Positions 19,704-28,708 of a DNA stretch of 40,000 nt are shown piece after piece; the first letter of the stretch is position 1; every line of letters begins with the position of its first letter. The DNA comes from an uncultured Alphaproteobacteria bacterium (GTDB taxonomy: Bacteria; Pseudomonadota; Alphaproteobacteria; ATCC43930; CGMCC-115725). A program made the position numbers and the translations under genes. Under the pieces are notes generated by a model. That model was not told the DNA's origin, ran no database searches, and saw only the letters and a program-made list of their open reading frames with translations. The stretch is taken from NCBI GenBank assembly GCA_963842175.1, contig CAWJFM010000023.1, positions 1,396,751 through 1,436,750 on the forward strand, read 5' to 3'.

Positions 19704-20135
19704 TCAAAACGGAACGTCGTCGTCGTCGAGATCGGCCGCGGCGGCGCCGCCACCGCTGAGCTAAGCCGCGCTGGCATCGTCTCGCCGACCGTCGAGCATG
19801 ACAAGCTTGCCGCGGTGCTGCGACAGCACGATCTCGGTTGCGCTGCGCTGCGGGCCTTCCTGATCCTTCCATTGGCGGGTCCGTAGCTGCCCCTCGATGT
19901 ATACTTTGGAGCCTTTGCGCAGATATCTGAAGGCGACTTCGGCGAGCTGTTCGCTAAAGATAGTGATGTGATGCCATTCGGCACGCTCGCGCCGCTCGCC
20001 GCTAGTCCGATCGTGCCAACTCTCCGATGTCACGAGGTTAAATGAAATGACAACGCCGCCCGCCTGTGTCGCCCGCATCTCGGGATCGTGTCCGAGGTTA
20101 CCGATCAGGATTACTTTGTTGATGTTACCGGCCAT
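19704..20135 (-). CDS. ssb: single-stranded DNA-binding protein with an in-frame TAG at 19761-19763
   Basis: MAGNINKVILIGNLGHDPEMR...WHHITIFSEQLAEVAFRYLRKGSKVYIEGQLRTRQW is an OB-fold SSB. After the TAG the same frame continues LSGGGAAAADLDDDDVPF then stop, the canonical acidic SSB tip. Confidence 0.85.
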
Positions 20136-20138
20136 GAG

Positions 20139-22397
20139 TCATTCTTCATGCGGTAAAAAATCGATATGATCGGGCATACCTTCAAGCCAAACGTCTTCGC
20201 CCATCAGCTCCAATTCGCCGCTGTCATTAATCACCGTGATAAGCTTGTCGAAATCAGCCGGTTTATATCCTTCACTTTCGGCAAAGAGAGACCCGACGCG
20301 GGGAGACGTGGTCAGACTTCCATCGTCATTGACGACAACACGCATCCGGTGCCGCTTGCTATCCCATTCAAAGGTTTCGTGGCGTGTTTCGTCCTTCCAT
20401 TGACCTGCAAGCCAGGACTTGCCGCGGGCAAGTGCCAGCCGGTTCCCGTAAAATACAGGGATGGTTACAGGAACCGAGGGGAGCTTCCGTTCTTTCAGAA
20501 GGAGTTCTTTGGCGCCAGGTCGGCATAAAAGCTCGAACCATTCCTCGAACGTTCGAATAAATTGCGGGGCTGCCTTACCAATCACAGAACGTTTGACACC
20601 GCGCGATTTGATACGATCGGTCAATTCAGAAGCCGAGTCATCCGAATGACGCAGCAAGGTCGGTGAAAAATACACTCCGGGCTGAGCGATAAAGAGATCG
20701 GGCCATTGCTTCAATTCCCATTGCCCCAGCCCCTTACCGATATCGAGCGCGAGGGGTCGGGTGCTGAACACAGCATCGGTTGCGATCATCACCACCGCCT
20801 CGGGGTCTTGCCCGACTGCTTCCATGATCCGCGCTCGCGTTATTGCGGTGATCAAGCCGGCCTCTACCACGTCGTGATAAGGCCCGTGTCCGCTGCGCTG
20901 GGCGCGTTTGCCGTAAAGTGAGTTCAGCGCGAGCTTGAGGGGATAGCCTTTGGTCGAGGCGCCCAATCGTTGCCGTTCCACGTAAACCTCGGTGATCCAG
21001 TCATACGGCCGGCAATCGCAGCAGCGCTTGGCGATCCAAACATCGTGAACGGTGATGATGTCAGCTTGCAGGTGCTGGCAAGCCGCTTCGATTTCCGGTG
21101 ACCAATACCACCCGGTTCCGCGCAACGGCCAGAACAAGCCGCCCTTCTGCCGAAAAGGAAAGCCGCACCACAAGCTATCGGGCGGATGCGAGAACGTCAC
21201 CTTGGCAAGATAAAGTTCGCCGTTGGTCGGCAACCGCCGACGTCGGCTGTGAACCCATCGCGTATGTTGCGGGCATGGCATTTGCAGCATTCCCGCGGGA
21301 TAGGCGCTTTTGAGATCGTTTTCGAACAAGGGACCGGTGAGGAAACCGATCCGCGAAACCTCGAAGCGCCCGCCATAGTACGCAAGGTTCGCGGCGATTT
21401 CTAATTCACGATCTCGCTCGGGCCGGCGCGGCGACGGATTGTTGGAAGGCTTACTTTCCGCCGCCTCCCGCTGTTCTCTGGCAGTCAATGGCCGCTTCAA
21501 CGCACCGTGTTGTTTGAGCATTGCTGCAGCAAGCCAACCAGCTCCGGCCCATCGTTCCGGGCGAATTCCGGCGGCATAGCATACCTCGCGGAATTCGGTC
21601 ATGAGCACAGCGAGATAACGGCATTCCAAAGTGCAATATTCAATCATCTGGTCGGTTAATTCGGTAAATTCGTTCCTGATATCCTTATTCGCCTTAATGA
21701 TAGCGCGCTCGGCCTCATTACCGATGTTCCAATCCGTAATAGCTTTCACGAAAGTGCATTGAAAAAACCCAAGCGTTTCATAAACCGTTCGGCTTGATCC
21801 TTTCAAGACCCTCGGCTTCGGCCCGCTCCGATCGATCCGAGCGACGCGCAGGTATTGTCCTTGCTGATAGGTGATCGCGTATTCTCTCCAGAATACCGGG
21901 ATCGGCCCGTTCTTGCCCTGTCGTGGATTGATGATTTCCCGCAGCTTTTGGCCAGGAATACCCCGCAGGATTTGGGTTGCGTCGTAACCAATACCATATC
22001 CTACGAGAATAGGTTCTTTGGGAAGGCTCAGCAGAAATTCAAAACAATCTACAATGGACAACGCTTTGCCCTTATTGTGACGAATGTGCTTTGTCTCTCC
22101 CGATGCGTCCGCGGCGACCATCAATAAATAATGCTGCCGCCCGAGATAGTCCGTTCCGCCGCCTTCTCCGTCTATTGCCAGGAACGGGCGGAGTTCCCCG
22201 TTGGCGCGTGCTTCCCGCTTTCGCTCGCGTTCGCGTCCGAACTGTTCGGGAGTTTGTCGCTGGCGAGCGTCGCGCTTGCGGCGGCGTTCTTGCTCGCGCC
22301 GCGCTTCGACCTCCAGCGCATATTCCGGCCCCAGCGCCTTGATCCTCTCGCGGACGTACTCGACCGCAGCCGCAGCGTCGGATGGTAAGGTTGTCAT
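20139..22397 (-). CDS. family-B DNA polymerase (752 aa)
   Basis: Start at MTTLPSD (ATGA overlap with the upstream ORF). ExoI FLAIDGEGG, ExoII GYGIGYD, ExoIII YCTLECRYL. Motif A FENDLKSAYP, motif B KLALNSLYGK, motif C VMIATDAVF. KSRG lies where KxY normally sits. No frame break in 2.26 kb. Confidence 0.8.
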   Translation of the reverse strand: MTTLPSDAAAAVEYVRERIKALGPEYALEVEARREQERRRKRDARQRQTPEQFGRERERKREARANGELRPFLAIDGEGGGTDYLGRQHYLLMVAADASGETKHIRHNKGKALSIVDCFEFLLSLPKEPILVGYGIGYDATQILRGIPGQKLREIINPRQGKNGPIPVFWREYAITYQQGQYLRVARIDRSGPKPRVLKGSSRTVYETLGFFQCTFVKAITDWNIGNEAERAIIKANKDIRNEFTELTDQMIEYCTLECRYLAVLMTEFREVCYAAGIRPERWAGAGWLAAAMLKQHGALKRPLTAREQREAAESKPSNNPSPRRPERDRELEIAANLAYYGGRFEVSRIGFLTGPLFENDLKSAYPAGMLQMPCPQHTRWVHSRRRRLPTNGELYLAKVTFSHPPDSLWCGFPFRQKGGLFWPLRGTGWYWSPEIEAACQHLQADIITVHDVWIAKRCCDCRPYDWITEVYVERQRLGASTKGYPLKLALNSLYGKRAQRSGHGPYHDVVEAGLITAITRARIMEAVGQDPEAVVMIATDAVFSTRPLALDIGKGLGQWELKQWPDLFIAQPGVYFSPTLLRHSDDSASELTDRIKSRGVKRSVIGKAAPQFIRTFEEWFELLCRPGAKELLLKERKLPSVPVTIPVFYGNRLALARGKSWLAGQWKDETRHETFEWDSKRHRMRVVVNDDGSLTTSPRVGSLFAESEGYKPADFDKLITVINDSGELELMGEDVWLEGMPDHIDFLPHEE

Positions 22398-22810
22398 GCT
22401 GCCGCCCTGCGACGGATGCCGGCGCGTGTCGAGTAGTAGAGGCGCCACAGCGAGCCGCGATAAAACGGCCACTCGGCGAAGGGATCGGGAGCGCTCGGCG
22501 GCACGTAGTCGGGATAGCGTTGAACCGCTGCCCGGAACCGATCTTGTTCGTTGATCGACAGCGCGTTGAACAGGCTGCGGTCGCGGTCGCTGAGCGCGAC
22601 CCGGAACTCTTCCCGTGTTTCAATTGCCCGGATGCCGCGCCGCGCTGCCGCTGCCCGCCGCTGCGCCCGGCGGCGCGCCTCGGGATTTTTCGCACGGGCC
22701 GCTCGCGCTTCGGCGAGCGCTCGGCGCCTGCTCAGCTCGGCCCGGTGCTGCCGCTCGTAGGAAGGAGTGCCGGGCCGGTACGGATTGCGTCGCGGGCGCC
22801 GCTCAGCCAT
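22394..22810 (-). CDS. basic hypothetical protein translationally coupled to PolB
   Basis: MAERRPRRNPYRPGTPSYERQHRAELSRRRALAEARAARAKNPEARRR...FAEWPFYRGSLWRLYYSTRAG. Its stop overlaps the polB ATG. Confidence 0.5.
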   Translation of the reverse strand: MAERRPRRNPYRPGTPSYERQHRAELSRRRALAEARAARAKNPEARRRAQRRAAAARRGIRAIETREEFRVALSDRDRSLFNALSINEQDRFRAAVQRYPDYVPPSAPDPFAEWPFYRGSLWRLYYSTRAGIRRRAAA

Positions 22811-23166
22811 GGCGTGCCGCCACATGAAAATGGCGAGCCTCCCGCCAGCGCGGGCGCGAGCCTAAAACGAAAAAGTCCGGGTCCGGCGAGAACAAAATCG
22901 GATCGAACCGCGGTCGGAATTCGTCGGCATCGAGCGCCACAGCGAGCCGCGCATACGCGGCAGTCATTGGCCGCGCTCCCACCGCGGGACCTCGGCATTG
23001 CCTCGCTCCGCCCGCCATGGTAAAGCGTTCACCATGAAGTTCCCCCCTCCGCGGCAGCCGCCGTGGTTGTATGGACTGGGCGACCGATATCATGTGCGGA
23101 AAAATGCCGCAAGAAATATCGGGAGCATGCCTTCTTTTCAAACAGAATCAGTGCTATAAGAGGCGC

Positions 23167-23793
23167 ATGAACACCAAGCGCCAGGCCTTGGACGCCACCT
23201 CAGCCCTCAAATCCGGCGACCTCTCGAAGGCCGTTAGGCTTGCGGCCAAAGCCGCCAAAACCGCCAAAACCGCCGAAGATGGTCTACTACCTCTGCTCAA
23301 CGAGGCCATGCAGGCAGGGATAGCCCTCGGGCAGGCGAGCGGCAAAAGCGAGGCTCCGCCGCCGGAAGCATTGGGATTTTTGCGCTTTTTAGCGGCAGCG
23401 CCGGTTGCCGCGGAGGGCTTTCGGACACTGCGGGAAAGCCTCGGAATCTCGCAGGCTGAGATTGCCGAAATGTGCGGCGTCTCCCGCGCGGCTGTGTCCG
23501 ACTGGGAGCGTGGCAAAGCGTCTCTGCCGCCAGCCGCCGTTCATGCCCTTCTCGGGTTAACGATGGCCCGCCTTGGTCGGGCCGAGCCGGCGCCGCTGCT
23601 CGGCAGCGATATAGCCAGGATTCGCAAAGCACTCCGGATGCGGCAAACCGATTTAGCCGCTGCACTCGGAGTCAGCGAGATCGCGGTCAGGAAATGGGAG
23701 CAGCGTGGCGATCAGCCGCTTGCTTCATCGACGGTTCGCCGCATCCAGCCCCGGCTCGACGAACTACAGGCGCAAGCGTCAGCAGCGTCTTGA
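23167..23793 (+). CDS. DNA-binding protein with two XRE/Cro-type HTH domains
   Basis: ORF 23071-23793 trimmed to the ATG at 23167. LRESLGISQAEIAEMCGVSRAAVSDWERGK and IRKALRMRQTDLAAALGVSEIAVRKWEQRG. Divergent from the polB operon and immediately upstream of the Cas1-like gene. Confidence 0.7.
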   Translation: MNTKRQALDATSALKSGDLSKAVRLAAKAAKTAKTAEDGLLPLLNEAMQAGIALGQASGKSEAPPPEALGFLRFLAAAPVAAEGFRTLRESLGISQAEIAEMCGVSRAAVSDWERGKASLPPAAVHALLGLTMARLGRAEPAPLLGSDIARIRKALRMRQTDLAAALGVSEIAVRKWEQRGDQPLASSTVRRIQPRLDELQAQASAAS

Positions 23794-23833
23794 TCTGATC
23801 ACTCGGTTCAAATTCGAGCCGCTCGGATCGGGA

Positions 23834-23864
23834 TTGATTTTAATCGCCGTCGAATTGGTATAGT
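23834..23864 (+). promoter_or_regulatory. candidate promoter for the Cas1-like gene
   Basis: TTGATT (23834-23839) and an extended -10 TGgTATAGT (23856-23864). The spacer is 19 nt, longer than optimal. Lies in an AT-richer gap. Confidence 0.25.
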
Positions 23865-24100
23865 ATTGAATTTGCTCCGCAAAGGGGCGCACCGGAGCAG
23901 GCGCTGGAACGCCTGCCCCGGCACTTGATCAACGATGCGATAGGAGCGCACCGTGACCCTGCTGATACGTGTTCCCAAACCTCAGAGGCGTCAACCGGGT
24001 CGTTGCCCGCTCTTAGACGGACAGACCGTCCCGACTGCGGGCATTCTGTTCAATCGCTGCATCGTCCACCCGAGCCAAACGGAAAACCGGAGGCTCCCTC

Positions 24101-25744
24101 ATGCACGCCGATGACACGAACTACACCGTCATTAAGAATGGCGTGGTTGTCGTGAGCGGCACCGGCCCGGCGATCCGCGTCGACGGCAACAAGCTGGTCA
24201 TCCGCGACGGCCCGAAGGAAACCCCGCCGCTCGCGCTGACGCGGGCGGAAGCCTCGCGAAGGCTGCGACATATCATCGTCACCGGGCAGGCCGGCGGCTT
24301 CATCACCTTCGACGCGCACCGATGGCTGCGCGACACGGGTGTTGCGTTCTCTCAAGTCGATTGGGATGGGAGCGTCATCATTGCTTCCGGATCGCGACGA
24401 CCCGACCGGCCGGCGCTGCGCCGGGTGCAAACGCTCATATGCAGCGGAGTCATTCCACAAACAGCGGTCGCCATCACGCGCGAAATCCTGCGCGTCAAGC
24501 TGGCCGGCCAAGCTGAGGTTGCCCGGCTGCTAGGGCGGGCGGAGGCGAGCGCGGCCATCGCCGGCCTCACTGCGGACATCGCTCGCGAGGCGGCCGGCCC
24601 AAAGGTGCTGGCGATCGAAGCGAAGGCGGCCTCGATTTACTGGCGCGAGTGGGCAACGGTGCCGGTGCGGTTCGCCCGCGACAACCCGCAGCGGCTCGAT
24701 CATAAGGGACGATGGCGGCCCGGCCGAGCCGCGGCATGGCATACATTCGGAAGCCGGGTGTCGGCGTTGACCGGTAAGCCGCGGCGGGCGACTACGGCCG
24801 GCAACGCGATTCTCAATTTCCTGCTAGGGATCGCAAAAATCGAGATGACCGTTGCCTTGTACGCGGTCGGACTCGACGCAGGGATTGGACTATTTCATGC
24901 CGATGAGGACGGCCGCCCCTCGCTGGCGCTGGATGCGCAAGAGGCAGTCCGTCCGTATATCGACGCATGGTGTCTCTCGTTCCTGGCAGCGACGGCTTTC
25001 GCCAATCGTGATTTCCACGAAACCGCAGAAGGTGAGGTTCGGCTTACCCATCCGCTCACGGCGCACCTTGCACATATGGCCGCGCTGTGGCGGCCGGCGT
25101 GCGAGCGGGTAGCGGCATGGCTGGCGCAGGCGTTCGCCGGTACGGTTGACCTTCCCGCCGACAAACCCGGCGCTGACGATCTGCCGCGGATCGCTGCCGC
25201 TGTCGCCGGGCCGCGGAAGCGAGGCGCGCGGCAACTGGCGCCCTTACCTCGACTGTTGCCGGTGCCCACCGGGCGGGACTTGAGTAGCCTGCCGGCACTG
25301 CGCGGCGGCTTGCGCGACAACCCCGTACCGCAGGCGTGTTTCGAATGCGGCCGAGCGCTGACGCGGAAGCAACGCCGTTTCTGTTCGACCGCTTGTACAG
25401 CCGCCTTTTCTACGGCCTCGGGGCGGATCGCAGCGATGCGTGAATTGTCTGCGGGATCAACCGACCGTTCCGAAACCCTTCGCGCCGCCAATGCCGCACG
25501 ACGCGAATGGGCAGCCCATCACGCCGCGGATCGGGTCGCCTTCGATCGCTGGTATTCGGCTGCGATAGAGCCGCGCCTTACCTCGCTCCGCACCGCCGAT
25601 ATTCGGCGCTCCCTTGCGGTGTCCTGGAGTTATGCTACCCTCATCAAGCAGGGGCGGCGAACGCCACACCCGCGACATTTTCCGGCCTTAGCGAAGCTCG
25701 CCGGGGTTGAGGCGCCGAGCATCGGCGCGGCGGGTAGCGGATGA
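24101..25744 (+). CDS. cas1: Cas1-like integrase (putative casposase) with a C-terminal Cys4 and HTH-like extension
   Basis: GGAGG RBS. HIIVTGQAGGFITFDAHRWLRDTGVAFSQVDWDG (N-terminal domain). AIEAKAASIYW (E173), TAGNAILNFLLG (N235), GLDAGIGLFHADEDGRPSLALDAQEAVRPYID (H266, D278/E281) match the Cas1 catalytic-domain pattern by eye. CFECG...RFCSTAC at residues 413-432. No frame break in 1.64 kb. Confidence 0.8.
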   Translation: MHADDTNYTVIKNGVVVVSGTGPAIRVDGNKLVIRDGPKETPPLALTRAEASRRLRHIIVTGQAGGFITFDAHRWLRDTGVAFSQVDWDGSVIIASGSRRPDRPALRRVQTLICSGVIPQTAVAITREILRVKLAGQAEVARLLGRAEASAAIAGLTADIAREAAGPKVLAIEAKAASIYWREWATVPVRFARDNPQRLDHKGRWRPGRAAAWHTFGSRVSALTGKPRRATTAGNAILNFLLGIAKIEMTVALYAVGLDAGIGLFHADEDGRPSLALDAQEAVRPYIDAWCLSFLAATAFANRDFHETAEGEVRLTHPLTAHLAHMAALWRPACERVAAWLAQAFAGTVDLPADKPGADDLPRIAAAVAGPRKRGARQLAPLPRLLPVPTGRDLSSLPALRGGLRDNPVPQACFECGRALTRKQRRFCSTACTAAFSTASGRIAAMRELSAGSTDRSETLRAANAARREWAAHHAADRVAFDRWYSAAIEPRLTSLRTADIRRSLAVSWSYATLIKQGRRTPHPRHFPALAKLAGVEAPSIGAAGSG

Positions 25745-25957
25745 CCCCCGTGCGCAGCGACATTGGGGGCGGCATTCATTGCGGCCTTCTCCGCGCTGGC
25801 CTGCGCTGTTGGGCAGCGCCAATCCATACTGTTCCCCGGTGCAGATCGTCCGCGTATCGGCTTCAAATGTTGCTGGCCTCCTGCAAATTCCCGAAGGCGC
25901 CCGGTCGAAGCGGCCCCGCGCTGGCGCGCCTTCAAATTTAGAGCGAGGCGGGCTTAA

Positions 25958-26648
25958 CTACAGGCTGGCACTTGCAGCCATCTGTGCCGCTCTGACGATC
26001 CGGTCTTGCTCCGCTTTCTCCTGATGCCAAACTTCTCGCTCCTGAGCGTAGGCTTCGAAATCTTGTCGGATTTTCTTCTCAGCCTGTGCGGCACCCTCCA
26101 AAACGGACTTACAACCCGAGGCAAGGTCAGTTTCGACCTGAAATGACACTCCGAGGGAGCTGCCACCGCTGCAAATGGCCGAGGTCGCATGGAGGAGCGG
26201 CAAGAAATTGTTGGCCCAATACTGATGGTTGTTCCGGAGAGTTGTCACCTGCATGTGGAGGTTGCTCGCTTGCAGCCCCATCTGGATTAGCTGAACCGAA
26301 AATTGCACCCGCGTGGCGCCAGTTTGTCCGGGAGCAGGTGAATAGAAAGTGCGTTCCCTTTCCAGACCGTTTCTCATCGCCGCGGTGATATCTCGATACC
26401 TTTGTTCGATCCTCTCCAACTGGCGAACGCGCTCGGCAACCGCAGAACTCAATACCTGCGTTGTCCGATAGAACCTGATTGATGTGTTCCCTCAGGCTCT
26501 GTTGCGCGGCTTGCTGCGCCTGCCGCGCTCGCTGTGCTGCCGCCTGTGCAGCTTTTTGCTGCTGTTCAGCTTGCCGAGCTGCGGCAATGCGAACCGCTTT
26601 CCGTTCCGTTACCGGACGGTGGGATTTCCGAGCAACATCGAAATACAT
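25958..26648 (-). CDS. coiled-coil hypothetical protein (one gene with a frame break near 26460, or two genes)
   Basis: MYFDVARKSHRPVTERKAVRIAAARQAEQQQKAAQAAAQRARQAQQAAQQSLREHINQ (from the ATG at 26648) runs into VLSSAVAERVRQLERIEQRYRDITAAMRNG... of ORF 25958-26452 after a 1-nt shift. Confidence 0.4.
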
Positions 26649-26869
26649 CTACCCGGTGTGAGCTGGACATGTTGGGCTGCGGCAATCGCGTCTATCGCCG
26701 AGTCCGGAAGCACGGCCACAATCGCAGCTCCAATTCCACCTTGGCGCATCGCCTCCTGTCGAATTTCGTCGCGCACGATCCCGCATGGGCTGAGTGTGCC
26801 GAATTTCAGTAGCACGACGCCAGCCGCGATTGCTACCAGAGCAATGCATATGAAGCCGGCTTCGCGCAT
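26609..26869 (-). CDS. membrane hypothetical protein
   Basis: ORF 26609-26881 from the ATG at 26869: MREAGFICIALVAIAAGVVLLKFGTLSPCGIVRDEIRQEAMRQGG... The tail overlaps the next gene by 40 nt. Confidence 0.4.
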   Translation of the reverse strand: MREAGFICIALVAIAAGVVLLKFGTLSPCGIVRDEIRQEAMRQGGIGAAIVAVLPDSAIDAIAAAQHVQLTPGRCISMLLGNPTVR

Positions 26870-26986
26870 CGCAGCCCCCAAAGGTCGGTGTGCGCCAAGT
26901 AGGCGTTAATGGTGAATATAAACCTAATACGGTTTATCATAGCGCTGTTGCTGGCGGTTTTCGAATGGCTGGCGATGGTGATCGGC

Positions 26987-27064
26987 ATGATCACCTCTCG
27001 GCAGATCAGAGCCGCTCACGCGCTTCTCGGCTGGTCTCAACAGCAGCTTGCCGACAAGGCATCT
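26987..27064 (+). pseudogene. 5' fragment of an XRE-type HTH gene
   Basis: MITSRQIRAAHALLGWSQQQLADKAS is a typical XRE N-terminus. Downstream, the + frame becomes the antisense of the minus-strand fragment. Confidence 0.45.
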
Positions 27065-27074
27065 CGTCAAAAAA

Positions 27075-27227
27075 TTAGGGGCGGGCGAGCCGCACCCCTT
27101 CTCCCTTCACGTCGGCCGCGAGAAATTCGATGCCGGCTTCCGTCAGTGCTTTGTGGACCGCCATCAACGTGCTCATCCTCGGGTCCACCTCCCCTCGCTC
27201 TAATCGCGCGAGCGCGTTGAGAGAAAT
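27075..27227 (-). pseudogene. 3' fragment of an XRE-type HTH gene, on the opposite strand to its 5' fragment
   Basis: ISLNALARLERGEVDPRMSTLMAVHKALTEAGIEFLAADVKGEGVRLARP then stop. No start codon or first helix upstream. Joining it to 26987-27064 gives a complete in-frame HTH protein. Confidence 0.5.
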
Positions 27228-27274
27228 GATTGGGCAGCCGGCGCTACCCTCGCGCGAAATACGAGAGGGAGGCA

Positions 27275-27537
27275 ATGCCGCATCGACGACGCATTTTGGC
27301 GACACTCGCCGCCCTTGGGTTGCTTCTGGCAACAATAGGCGGCGCGGCAGCTCAGTAACCGGGGGTTGGATTGCGGCTACTACGTCAACCGAAGCGGAGA
27401 AACGCCTCCGCGCCCATGGAAGCGTCAGGGAGGAACAACCGCCACGCGGCGCCACGGCAACATGCCGCGATGGGGAGTACAGCTACAGCCGGCATGATAG
27501 CGGCACGTGCTCCGGACAGGGCGGCGTGCAAAGCTGA
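27275..27537 (+). CDS. DUF3761-like secreted protein, spread over three frames
   Basis: GAGGGAGG RBS. MPHRRRILATLAALGLLLATIGGAAAQ signal, then GYYVNRSGE..., then PPRGATATCRDGEYSYSRHDSGTCSGQGGVQS (the C-DG-YS-S...GTCS-GGV signature). Confidence 0.6.
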
Positions 27538-27753
27538 CTCTGCTGAATGTCAAGCCGAGTGGGTGCGCCATGCAATTCTTCGCCGCCGCTTCGATCATAA
27601 TCGCCGGCATCGTCGGCACGATACTCGCGGTGTTTGATCGTTCTCGCGATGCGCCAAGGCTGGCGCGAGGGCGACGTGGTTGAAGTTCACTCGGCCCTGA
27701 CGGGATGCAGGTCATCGATCTCCAAGAGCGGCAGCACCGCGCAGAGTTCGCCG

Positions 27754-27948
27754 ATGATCACTGATCTCGACATTTACCGTGCTGCGAATTTGCTGATCGA
27801 GCGGCACGGCCCGAATGCGCTCATTGAGGCGGCCCGGCTAATCGATCGGATGCTAGAGCGCGGCGACCGCGATGGGCAACTTGTGTGGCTACGGATCAAG
27901 CGGGCGATCGAGGCGTTGCAAGCACCGCCGAGCGGGACGAGGCATTAA
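27754..27948 (+). CDS. hypothetical small protein
   Basis: ORF 27634-27948 trimmed to the ATG at 27754: MITDLDIYRAANLLIERHGPNALIEAARLIDRMLERGDRDGQLVWLRIKRAIEALQ. Confidence 0.5.
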   Translation: MITDLDIYRAANLLIERHGPNALIEAARLIDRMLERGDRDGQLVWLRIKRAIEALQAPPSGTRH

Positions 27949-28241
27949 TGACGAACGACCTGGAGATCATACATATTCTTTGGCGCGGACCATTAACATT
28001 GGCAGATGCAAGCACTGCCAATACAGGTGGCGACTACGGCGTGTATCAAATCTATGGCACACATGAAACAGGAGGACCTGATACGCTGCTCTATGTAGGT
28101 CAGGCTGATCGGGGAACGTTCGATGGCCGCATCCTGTATCATTATTCAGAATGGGGCCGGTGGAACCCCGATGATCTCAAAATTTACCTCGGACAAATGG
28201 CGGGGGTCAGGCCGATAACCAACGACGCTTGGGGCAATTAA
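27948..28241 (+). CDS. hypothetical protein
   Basis: ORF 27885-28241 trimmed to the ATG at 27948 (TAATG overlap with the upstream stop): MTNDLEIIHILWRGPLTLADAS... Lower GC. Confidence 0.45.
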   Translation: MTNDLEIIHILWRGPLTLADASTANTGGDYGVYQIYGTHETGGPDTLLYVGQADRGTFDGRILYHYSEWGRWNPDDLKIYLGQMAGVRPITNDAWGN

Positions 28242-28444
28242 CAGTTCGCGCATTCGATCGCTTCGATATCAAGAGAAACCCATCTTAATCGTAAATCACG
28301 GACGCAGACATCGCCTACCAGAATGCATCTCGACCCTTACCGAATTCATCAACACCGATGGTCGGCTAAAGCCATTTAGCCCGGATAATTCACGAAGTCG
28401 CATAAGGAGGGCGGCGGGAGCAGCATAAGCCGTTGGATTTGTGT

Positions 28445-28700
28445 ATGATTATGGTTGTTCAGGCCAGATCAACCGAAGCAACGGAGTTCGCGCCCGCCAT
28501 GGCGGAAGGTACGGGGATTCTGCCGGGTTTGCCAGCCGTCGCCGGCAAGCCGGTGTATGTCGGTTTCGATGGAGGACGGCTCACCTCAGATGCCGGTATC
28601 CTGTTGCTGTCAGCCGTCGAGCAGCGGCTTCGGATCGCCGAGCGCCTGGCCGCCTGCCTCGAAGACCCGCGCGACCCGGACAGGGTGCGACACGAGCTTG
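28445..28700 (+). pseudogene. N-terminal remnant of an IS1380/IS4-type DDE transposase
   Basis: KPVYVGFDGGRLTSDAGILLLSAVEQRLRIAERLAACLEDPRDPDRVRHEL resembles the N-terminus of DDE_Tnp_1_4-type transposases. The similarity stops after about 85 aa, where the ORF runs into the subterminal repeats. Confidence 0.5.
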
Positions 28701-28708
28701 CCGACGGC

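Noticed and set aside
22803-23141. 112-aa minus ORF between the polB operon and the HTH gene
   Set aside because: Composition is poor over most of its length, and it overlaps the start of the 22394-22810 ORF. At most the last ~54 codons (from 22967) could be real. Not enough support to list.
27058-27090. Hin/Gin hix-like site at the left inversion breakpoint (TCGTCAAAAAATTAGG)
   Set aside because: Only one half resembles the TTATCAAAAACC half-site. The other half and the partner breakpoint do not. The resemblance is too weak to call a recombination site.
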